Source: Candidatus Pacearchaeota archaeon | Lineage (GTDB): Archaea; Nanobdellota; Nanobdellia; Pacearchaeales; UBA284 | Length of the DNA: 32,000 nt | Reading direction: 5' to 3' | Assembly: GCA_026016245.1 (NCBI GenBank) | Contig: CP061211.1 | Span: forward strand, 60,001-92,000 | Shown: positions 9,936-17,193 of the stretch, piece by piece | How positions within the stretch are numbered: position 1 is the stretch's first letter | How the letters are laid out: the number at the start of each line of letters is the position of its first letter | Notes under the pieces: model-generated | What the model was told of the DNA's origin: nothing | Databases searched by the model: none | The model's input: the letters and a program-made list of their open reading frames with translations, nothing else | Program-made: the position numbers and the translations under genes

Positions 9936-10461
9936 AGAACAAAACAAGTTTTTAGAATCATATGTAGCACCAATTACATTAGATGCTGATGTTGAACAAG
10001 TTATTGAGAACATCAAAGAGAACAGTAAAGAAGCAAAGTGGAAAAGAGAATATTATGCAAAGAGATTAGATGATGAAAATTTCTTGAAAGAATCAGAAAA
10101 AGCTGGAGTTTTTATATCTCTTGCTTCTATGGATATTAGAGACTGCAGTTCTTTTGAGAAGTTAATGTCTAAAATGAGACATAAAATTAAAGGAACAGAA
10201 GAATATGAGGCAGATCAAATAGACAAAAAACTATTTAATTACAAGTTTATAGGTCCAGAATCTCTTATAAAACTATTTAATTACAAGTTTATAGGTCCAG
10301 AATCTCTTATAAAACTATTTAATTACAAGTTTATAGGTCCAGAATCTCTTCCTGATTGCTTTAAGATTTATTTTAACCATCTAGGAAAAGAAGATAATAG
10401 ACCTTGTCCATGTGGTTCTGGAAAACCTGCTGATAGATGCTGCATAAAAGAAGATAAATAA
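9916..10461 (+). CDS. SEC-C motif protein with internal 14-aa tandem repeats
   Basis: C-terminal PCPCGSGKPADRCC matches the SEC-C zinc motif; LFNYKFIGPESLIK repeated. Confidence 0.8.
   Translation: MRKPTYEEQNKFLESYVAPITLDADVEQVIENIKENSKEAKWKREYYAKRLDDENFLKESEKAGVFISLASMDIRDCSSFEKLMSKMRHKIKGTEEYEADQIDKKLFNYKFIGPESLIKLFNYKFIGPESLIKLFNYKFIGPESLPDCFKIYFNHLGKEDNRPCPCGSGKPADRCCIKEDK
10227..10350 (+). repeat. 42-bp tandem repeat, about 2.9 identical copies, in frame
   Basis: Unit ctatttaattacaagtttataggtccagaatctcttataaaa begins at 10231, 10273 and 10315. Confidence 0.97.
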
Positions 10462-10474
10462 TTTTTTTCTATTT

Positions 10475-11464
10475 TCATAACCACTTAACTTCAACATCAT
10501 CTGTTCTTTCATAAGGATTGATATCAACTTTTTCTATCTCGCATCTCTGTCCAGCCTTAAACATAAGAATGCCAAGCCAAGCAATCATTGTGGCATTGTC
10601 TGTCAAAAATTCATTAGGAGGGCAGAAGAATTTAGCATCTCGTTCCTTACACATAATCTTGCACATTTCTTGAAGTCTTGTATTGCAAGCAACACCCCCA
10701 CCTAATAACAACTCTTTTTTCTTGAGATGTGCCATTGCTCTTTCAGATACTTCAACTAACATGGCAAAAGCATGTTCCTGCAATGAAAAAGAAAGCTCTT
10801 CAATTTTATTTCCTTTATCATATTTTTGCTTTAAATTAGTGAGCAGGCCAGAGAAGGCAACATCCATGCCTTTCACAGAATAAGGAAGCTCAATAAAGTT
10901 ATTAGATTTTTTAGCAAGTTCAGCAATTCTTGGGCCGCCAGGAAAGCCCAATCCTATATATCTTGCAAATGAATCAATAAAATTACCTACTCCAATGTCA
11001 AGAGTTTCACCAAAAATTCTGTATTTGCCAGAAGCATAGCTTATCACTTGTGTATTAGCTCCTGAAACATATAACAAGACAGGATCTTTTGCTTTTGTAA
11101 GAAGCTTGCCAATTTCAAGATGAGCAATGCAATGATTTACTGGAATTAAAGGGATATTCAATTTTTTAGCCAGTTCTTTTGCAAACCTCATTCCTTGAAG
11201 TAAGCAAGGAGCAATACCAGGACCTTGAGAAAAAGAGATAATATTAATATCATTAAGAGCTAAGCCTGCCTCATTCAAAGCATCATTTAATATTTTATCT
11301 TTAATTTTTTTATGATGCTTTGCTGCTTCATTAGGAATTATACCTCCTTTTTTTGTTGTATAGGAATCTCTAACATTAGCTAATACTTTTCCTTTGCTAT
11401 CTATAATACCTACACCAAATGTATGGGCAGTGCTTTCTATTCCCAAGCAAACCAATTTTTTCAT
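10475..11464 (-). CDS. kae1: tRNA N6-adenosine threonylcarbamoyltransferase (Kae1/TsaD)
   Basis: VCLGIESTAHTFGVGI, HHKKIKD, NHCIAHLEIG, LLYVSGANTQVI, GLGFPGGPRI, LLLGGGVACNTRLQEM. Confidence 0.97.
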   Translation of the reverse strand: MKKLVCLGIESTAHTFGVGIIDSKGKVLANVRDSYTTKKGGIIPNEAAKHHKKIKDKILNDALNEAGLALNDINIISFSQGPGIAPCLLQGMRFAKELAKKLNIPLIPVNHCIAHLEIGKLLTKAKDPVLLYVSGANTQVISYASGKYRIFGETLDIGVGNFIDSFARYIGLGFPGGPRIAELAKKSNNFIELPYSVKGMDVAFSGLLTNLKQKYDKGNKIEELSFSLQEHAFAMLVEVSERAMAHLKKKELLLGGGVACNTRLQEMCKIMCKERDAKFFCPPNEFLTDNATMIAWLGILMFKAGQRCEIEKVDINPYERTDDVEVKWL

Positions 11465-11581
11465 AACAGATTGAGAGGAAAATAACTTTTATATTTTACT
11501 AAACTAAAAAGCTATAAAAGTTTGTTATATTCAATCGCTACGGGGCAAAACTTTATTAATGAATCTTATTTTTATTAATAT

Positions 11582-11932
11582 ATGAAGATAACTATTTGTT
11601 GTTCAAAAAAATATTTTCCAGAAATTCAAAAGTTTTTAGGAAGTTTAAATGATTCTAAAAATGAATTTTTAACTCCTGATTTGAATTTTATGGGTGAAAT
11701 AAATGAGACGACAAAAAGGAAGCTTTCCGATGTCCATCATGAAAAAATTAGGAGTAGTGATGCAATATATATTTACAATCCAAATAACGAAATTGGCCGA
11801 AGTACTAATTTAGAGATGGGATTTGCCATCGCATTAAATAAAAAAATCTTTGCATTCAAAAAAATAGGAGAACCTGGTTTAGATTGTTTTATAGAGAAAT
11901 TATTAACATTAGAAGAGTTAACAAAATTATAG
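11582..11932 (+). CDS. Nucleoside 2-deoxyribosyltransferase-like protein
   Basis: SSDAIYIYNP...STNLEMGFAIALNKKIFAF resembles the family's xE(M/L)G(Y/F)AxAxxK motif. Confidence 0.6.
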   Translation: MKITICCSKKYFPEIQKFLGSLNDSKNEFLTPDLNFMGEINETTKRKLSDVHHEKIRSSDAIYIYNPNNEIGRSTNLEMGFAIALNKKIFAFKKIGEPGLDCFIEKLLTLEELTKL

Positions 11933-12012
11933 TTTTGCCCCTTCACGACTCTGGATTTTTCCCTTCGGGGACGTTGCACTAAAATTTTACCCTTCAGAGA
12001 ATATAACAGGAA

Positions 12013-12285
12013 TTAAGTACATCTTTTCCTATGTACATTCAAATATCTCCTCAAGAAATAATTCACAAAGCCATCTTCATCTTTTTGTAATGCTTTATAA
12101 TATGCTCGCCTTTTAGCATACTTAATGATTAACATTGGATAATTATTATACCACAAAATATGATTCATGATCAATCGACCAATCCTTCCATTCCCATCCC
12201 CAAATGGATGGATTTTCTCAAATTTGTAATGAGCTCTGGCAGCTAGCTCTACAGGATTCTTGTGGCAAGCTATTACACCAAGCAT
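12013..12285 (-). pseudogene. Truncated Fic-domain protein remnant
   Basis: NPVELAARAHYKFEKIHPFGDGNGRIGRLIMNHIL contains the Fic motif HPFGDGNGRIGR, but the usual N-terminal Fic helices are missing. Confidence 0.7.
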
Positions 12286-12361
12286 GGCTTTTGTTTATGC
12301 TACTGTTATTAGTCTTCTTTCAGTAATTTTATTTCTTGCGCATAAATAACTAGACAGAAAG

Positions 12362-12369
12362 TTTATATA
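12362..12369 (+). promoter_or_regulatory. Candidate TATA box for the PAS-GGDEF gene
   Basis: TTTATATA about 37 bp upstream of the ATG at 12406. Confidence 0.4.
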
Positions 12370-12405
12370 CTCCTTTTGTGCAGTAAAAAAAGGCTTTGGT
12401 AGAAG

Positions 12406-13311
12406 ATGTCAAAAAAATCATACAAATCCAAAAAATATTATAAGCAATTAGTTGAGGAAGCAGGTATCGCTATTTTAATTGATGACGAAAAAGGGAATTT
12501 CAGATTTGGTAATAAAAAATTTGCAGAGCTTTTTGGTTATTCTACAGGAGGGATATTAAAAAAATCAATAAAAGATATTGTTCATCCTGATGATGTTGAA
12601 AGAGTTATGGAAATCCACAGAACAAGAGTTAGAGGAGAAAAAGTTCCTTCAAATTATGAATTTAAAGGTATAACAAAAGATAAAAAACCTATATGGTTAG
12701 AAATACACGCTGAACAGTTAAGAGAGAAAGACAAGATAGTAGGAACTCGTTCTTTTATCTGGGAAATTACTGATCGTAAGAAAAAAGAAGAGTATATGGT
12801 TTATTTAGCTTATCATGATGTTCTTACAGGCTTGGCTAATAGGTGGTTGTTGTATGATAAGTTTGATTCAGAGTTAACTCATATAAGCCGTCACAATCTT
12901 AAAGATATTTTAATGTCTGTAATGTATCTTGATTTGGATTATTTTAAGGATATTAATGATAATTTAGGACATAACACTGGGGATATGTTATTAAGGGATG
13001 CAGCAAGAAAATTAGAAAAATGTGTTAGAAAGGGCGATACTTTAGCTCGTCTTGGAGGAGATGAGTTTTTAATTCTATATACTAATGTTACAAAAAAAGA
13101 AGATATTAAATTTTTAGCAGATAAAGTCTATGAAGTTTTTCAAAAACCATTTAATATTAGTAATAAAAAAATAAACATGACTACTAGCATGGGTATTTCA
13201 GTATATCCTAATGATAGTGAAGAGATAGAACAGTTAATTGATAATGCTGATAAAGCACTTTATGTCGCTAAAAGGAAAGGAAGAAATAGGTATGAATTTT
13301 TCAGCCAATAA
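12406..13311 (+). CDS. PAS domain - GGDEF diguanylate cyclase-like protein
   Basis: PAS (AGIAILIDDEKGNFRFGNKKFAELFGYS...); GGDEF domain (YHDVLTGLANR, LDLDYFKDINDNLGH, RKGDTLARLGGDEFLILY, SMGISVYP). Confidence 0.93.
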   Translation: MSKKSYKSKKYYKQLVEEAGIAILIDDEKGNFRFGNKKFAELFGYSTGGILKKSIKDIVHPDDVERVMEIHRTRVRGEKVPSNYEFKGITKDKKPIWLEIHAEQLREKDKIVGTRSFIWEITDRKKKEEYMVYLAYHDVLTGLANRWLLYDKFDSELTHISRHNLKDILMSVMYLDLDYFKDINDNLGHNTGDMLLRDAARKLEKCVRKGDTLARLGGDEFLILYTNVTKKEDIKFLADKVYEVFQKPFNISNKKINMTTSMGISVYPNDSEEIEQLIDNADKALYVAKRKGRNRYEFFSQ

Positions 13312-13344
13312 ATAATAATAGAATAAAAAATTAGCTAAGGGAAA

Positions 13345-13713
13345 ATGTCAAAAAGTATTTTGATTGTTGAAGATGAAGGAATCGTAGCAATGGATATAAA
13401 AAGAACTTTGCAAGGTTTTGGATACTCAGTTATTGGTATTGTGCCTTCTGGGGAAGAAGCTATTGAAAAAGTAAAAAATGCTTGTCTTGATTTAATACTT
13501 ATGAATATATCATTAAGAGGAAATATGGATGGTATTGAAGCTGTTGAAAAAATACATGAGAATTCTGATATTCCTATTATTTACATTACAGGACACTTTA
13601 ATGACGAGCTTTATGAGCGAGCAAAAAAGACAAAACATTTTAGATATTTAAAAAAACCATTGAATACAGAAGAGTTACAAAAAACCATAGAAGCAGCATT
13701 CTGCAAAAAATAA
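13345..13713 (+). CDS. Stand-alone response-regulator receiver domain with phospho-acceptor Asp replaced by Asn
   Basis: SILIVEDEGIVAMDI...DLILMNISLRGNMDGIEAV...YITGH...YLKKPLN; residue 54 is Asn (AAT at 13504-13506). Confidence 0.9.
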   Translation: MSKSILIVEDEGIVAMDIKRTLQGFGYSVIGIVPSGEEAIEKVKNACLDLILMNISLRGNMDGIEAVEKIHENSDIPIIYITGHFNDELYERAKKTKHFRYLKKPLNTEELQKTIEAAFCKK

Positions 13714-13750
13714 AATATAAAAATAAAAAAAGAAAAATTAAATCTGGGGT

Positions 13751-13903
13751 TTACTTCTTTTTCTTCTTCTTTTTGGCCTTCTTTTTTTTCTTTTTTCTTC
13801 CACCACGAGCCATTTTTGCTTCACAGACATTACCTTTTCCGTCGATGTAGTATAAGTATCCTTTCTTTCTTTTTACTGCGCCTTTAACAAGAACTTTTCC
13901 CAT
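13751..13903 (-). CDS. Small (50 aa) lysine-rich protein, MGKVLVKGAVKRKKGYLYYIDGKGNVCEAKMARGGRKKKKKKAKKKKKKK
   Basis: Hand translation gives a clean ORF from ATG to TAA; structured head plus polybasic tail; not in ORF track. Confidence 0.75.
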   Translation of the reverse strand: MGKVLVKGAVKRKKGYLYYIDGKGNVCEAKMARGGRKKKKKKAKKKKKKK

Positions 13904-13985
13904 TTTTTATTTAACCTCCTTTTGATTTAAATTGACCTTAGCCATTTAATTAATAATTTAAGGCAGAACTATTATTTAAATCTTT

Positions 13986-14369
13986 CTATTCTCCGTCGAT
14001 AGATTTTTTGTATCTGCTGAATAGTCTCTTTATTCTTGCTTTTGTTATGACATTATGGTGCCTGAAACCGCCGCCAAAGCTCTTCGGTATATGCAACAAT
14101 TCATGAATCAAGGTTTTAAGCTTCTCTTCCTCGCTTTGTTTATCAAAATTTTTACTTATCACTTCTATTATATAAGCTGGTTCTGCCCCGAGAGAGAGCT
14201 GCATCACCTTCGGTAATGAATGGCATCGAGCTATTATTCCTCTAGATTTTGAACCATGACTTCTCAAACAAAATATTCTGTCTTTGTTAAGATGCCCCAT
14301 ATCTAAAATATTAATTATCAAATCTATTTTTCTCTTGATATCTGGAGCATCTTCATATTTTATTCTCAT
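13986..14369 (-). CDS. Predicted small metallopeptidase (COG4900-like)
   Basis: Zincin-like LIHELLHIPKSFGGGFRHHN. Confidence 0.65.
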   Translation of the reverse strand: MRIKYEDAPDIKRKIDLIINILDMGHLNKDRIFCLRSHGSKSRGIIARCHSLPKVMQLSLGAEPAYIIEVISKNFDKQSEEEKLKTLIHELLHIPKSFGGGFRHHNVITKARIKRLFSRYKKSIDGE

Positions 14370-15247
14370 TTTTTGAATTTTACCCTTATCTTACTATCTC
14401 TTATAGTAATCATAGCATATTTACCATACTTGGCTGCTCCTGGATTTATGATAAGGGTTTTTCCTATTTTATCTTGTCCTTGGTTTTCATGCATGTGACC
14501 AGCCACACACAATAAAGGTTTATGCTTTTCTATTATTTTACGAGTAAGATAAGAACCATAATGTTTTCCTTTAGCTAATTTATGTGCTCCTTTTGCCCTT
14601 ATTAAATCAAGTTTTGTTTTGTATGGAACATTATGAGAAATAAAAATAAAATTTTTCCTATCTATTTTTTTTATTTCTTTCTCTATTCTCTTTTTTTGAT
14701 TTCTATAATCTTTCAATCTTAATCTTAATTTATCTTTCATTCTAGGTTTAATACCATAATAAGAACTTCTTGGATAACCCACAAAATAAAGATTTTCAAA
14801 ATTTACTAACTTATAGTCAGCAACTTTTATTTTATGCTTTTTAAGAAGAGGAGTAATTAAATCTTTTTTGTGCAATCTTCTTCTACGGGGGCTGGAAATT
14901 TCACCTATATCTCTATAAGTAGTTAGGTCTATATTTCCTGTGACTGATATTGCTGGTATATTTAAATTACCTATATAAACAATAACTTTCTTCCCATCTC
15001 TTAAATTTTTTTTTGTGAATTCTTTTTGTTTTTTCTTTCCTATTACTTGCCATAATGGTTTGTCTGTCCCATAAGAATATTTGAAAATAAGTTTTCTTTC
15101 ATAAAGAGGACAGAAATCTCCCGGACTTATGATTAAATCTGGTTTTTCTTTTTTGATTACTTTTTTTATGAAATAAGGGATTTTTCCATGAAAGTCGCCA
15201 ATTGCTAAGATCTTTATCTCTTTCATTTTGGTAAGTTTCTTGCCCAT
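14366..15247 (-). CDS. Metallophosphoesterase
   Basis: GDFHGK, SPGDFC, TGNID, ISHNVP, AGHMHENQG motifs. Confidence 0.88.
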   Translation of the reverse strand: MGKKLTKMKEIKILAIGDFHGKIPYFIKKVIKKEKPDLIISPGDFCPLYERKLIFKYSYGTDKPLWQVIGKKKQKEFTKKNLRDGKKVIVYIGNLNIPAISVTGNIDLTTYRDIGEISSPRRRRLHKKDLITPLLKKHKIKVADYKLVNFENLYFVGYPRSSYYGIKPRMKDKLRLRLKDYRNQKKRIEKEIKKIDRKNFIFISHNVPYKTKLDLIRAKGAHKLAKGKHYGSYLTRKIIEKHKPLLCVAGHMHENQGQDKIGKTLIINPGAAKYGKYAMITIRDSKIRVKFKK

Positions 15248-16101
15248 CTGTTGAGATTTTTTATTACTTTTTCTGGTGTTAATGATTCAAGTTTTTTAAC
15301 AAGAGTTTTGTCTTGCAACATTTTTTCATTGAGTGGAACTGAGATGCCATCCACTTCTTTTGGACTTTTCATATGCAGACTAAAAGGACATCTTGCTAGT
15401 TTTCCACTTGGTGTCTGGCTTGGATCTATTATTATTGTATTAAAAGTTTTTTCATGTCCCCCTTTTACTTTTATTTTTGTTTCTTTGCTGATTTTTTGAG
15501 CCCATCTTCCTGTGAAACTTTCCAAAGGCTTATCTTTTTTACAACTTATGTATTTTTGATAGAAACTTTGTGGCACAGCCTTGTTTAGCATTAAATAGAG
15601 ATGAAAACTCTTGCCTGTCCACATCAAGAAAGTTTTGAACTTGATTAATTTTTTAAATTCTTTATCACTCCTTATTGTTTTTATTAAAGCTATGATAACT
15701 TGTTGGGTTTGCTGCGCTGTTGTTCCTTTTCCTCTATCAATATCAAAGAAAATTCTGTCTATTGGCTTGCCTTTTCCTTCCCTGTTGGTGGCATAGAAAA
15801 AATCTATTAGTTTGGCTTGAGGAAAATATCCCCATATCTTATCTTGCTGTTTTGTTATCTTGTCTCTTGCTCTTTTTAGATTAGTCTTACTTCTTAATTC
15901 TAAGAGTTTATTATCCACAACACTGAATTCTTCAATGTATAAAGGTTGGGCTTTGGAGCCTCTTTTTATGAAAAAACCAAAAGGAAGCCATACTTTTGAT
16001 GCAATTTCCTTGTTTTTCAGAAAATTTTTTAGTTTATTTGCGATAGCACTATAGTATGAAAGAACGTCAGTCTTGCCAAAAGGTTTGAGTATATCTTGCA
16101 T
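15223..16101 (-). CDS. Archaeo-eukaryotic primase (PriS/LigD-Pol-like) superfamily protein
   Basis: Motif I IFFDIDRG, motif II-like WTGKSFHLYLML, motif III-like FNTIIIDPSQTPSGKLARCPFSLH. Confidence 0.75.
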   Translation of the reverse strand: MQDILKPFGKTDVLSYYSAIANKLKNFLKNKEIASKVWLPFGFFIKRGSKAQPLYIEEFSVVDNKLLELRSKTNLKRARDKITKQQDKIWGYFPQAKLIDFFYATNREGKGKPIDRIFFDIDRGKGTTAQQTQQVIIALIKTIRSDKEFKKLIKFKTFLMWTGKSFHLYLMLNKAVPQSFYQKYISCKKDKPLESFTGRWAQKISKETKIKVKGGHEKTFNTIIIDPSQTPSGKLARCPFSLHMKSPKEVDGISVPLNEKMLQDKTLVKKLESLTPEKVIKNLNRWARNLPK

Positions 16102-16171
16102 GTTTGTAAAATGTAAGAAACATTTATAAATATATACGAAAATTAACTTATATCAGATTATAGAGGGTAAA

Positions 16172-16594
16172 ATGGGAATGTTGAATGCTCGAAAAATTAA
16201 GAAGAAAAGGAAGAAGTTCCGTTGGTCTAGTCAGAAGTATAAAAAAAGATTATTGAAATTAAAGGAAAAGTCTGACCCTCTTCAAGGCACAAGCCAGGCT
16301 AAAGGAATTGTTTTAGAAAAGGTGCAATTTGAAGCAAAGCAGCCAAACTCTGCTATGAGAAAGTGTGTTAGAGTCCAGCTTATTAAGAATGGAAGGCAAG
16401 TCACTGCCTATGTTCCTGGCAATCTAGCTTCTAAGTTTATTGACGAGCACGATGAGGTTATGATAGAAGCTATTGGAGGAAAACAAGGAAGAGCTAAAGG
16501 AGATATCCCTTGTGTTAGATATACTGTTATCAAGGTAAATGACCAGCCTCTTGCGATGTTAGTTAGAGGTAAGATAGAGAAAGGTGGAAGATAA
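16172..16594 (+). CDS. rps12: Ribosomal protein S12 (archaeal/eukaryotic S23 type)
   Basis: [21 protein letters not shown] core. Confidence 0.97.
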   Translation: MGMLNARKIKKKRKKFRWSSQKYKKRLLKLKEKSDPLQGTSQAKGIVLEKVQFEAKQPNSAMRKCVRVQLIKNGRQVTAYVPGNLASKFIDEHDEVMIEAIGGKQGRAKGDIPCVRYTVIKVNDQPLAMLVRGKIEKGGR

Positions 16595-17189
16595 AGAGAA
16601 TAAGATGAAAATTTTTGATTTATATGGTACTGAAGATGTGAAAATTGAGGATTTTGGTTTGAAGAGATATATTAATCTAGATATAAAACTAGTGTTAAAA
16701 TCCAGAGGAAGATATCGTGAGAGATTTGGTAAGGCTAAGGTAAATATTGTTGAGAGGCTGATAAATATTGTTGCTGTTCCAGGTCATAGAGGAAAGAAAC
16801 ACAAAATTATGACCAAATCTTGTGGTAAGTATACAAAAGGAGCTAATATTGTGCTAGGGGCTTTTAAGATTATTGAGGAAAGAACCAAAGAAAATCCTAT
16901 TCAAGTTCTTGTTAGAGCTGTAGAGAAAGCTGCTCCAAGAGATGAAATAACAACTATAGAGTATGGGGGTGCTAGATATCCTCAAGCAACTGATAGCGCA
17001 CCTCTTAGAAGATTAAATGTTGCCTTAAAGCATATTGTTCATGGAGCTTACGATAAAGCTTTTGCCAAAAAAAAGAAGATTCCTGAAACACTTGCAAATG
17101 AAATCATTCTTGCGTCTAAAGGGACTAATGAGAGTTTTGCTATAACCAAAAAAATTGAAACAGAAAAACAAGCTGATTCTGCACGTTAA
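16584..17189 (+). CDS. rps7: Ribosomal protein S7
   Basis: [45 protein letters not shown]. Confidence 0.96.
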   Translation: MEDKENKMKIFDLYGTEDVKIEDFGLKRYINLDIKLVLKSRGRYRERFGKAKVNIVERLINIVAVPGHRGKKHKIMTKSCGKYTKGANIVLGAFKIIEERTKENPIQVLVRAVEKAAPRDEITTIEYGGARYPQATDSAPLRRLNVALKHIVHGAYDKAFAKKKKIPETLANEIILASKGTNESFAITKKIETEKQADSAR

Positions 17190-17193
17190 AAAG

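Noticed and set aside
11930-12010. GC-richer stretch resembling an RNA gene (ccttcacgactctggatttttcccttcggggacgttgc)
   Set aside because: No acceptor, D or T arm could be paired; not a tRNA. Kept only as part of the inverted-repeat observation.
9609-13713. A novel defence system built from SEC-C, deoxyribosyltransferase-like, Fic and GGDEF/REC genes
   Set aside because: Genes are not one operon, the Fic gene is truncated, Kae1 lies between parts of the set, and nothing in the sequence shows an immune function.
13720-13800. Pyrimidine-rich tract as a regulatory repeat
   Set aside because: Explained by the AAA/AAG lysine codons of the minus-strand 50-aa protein.
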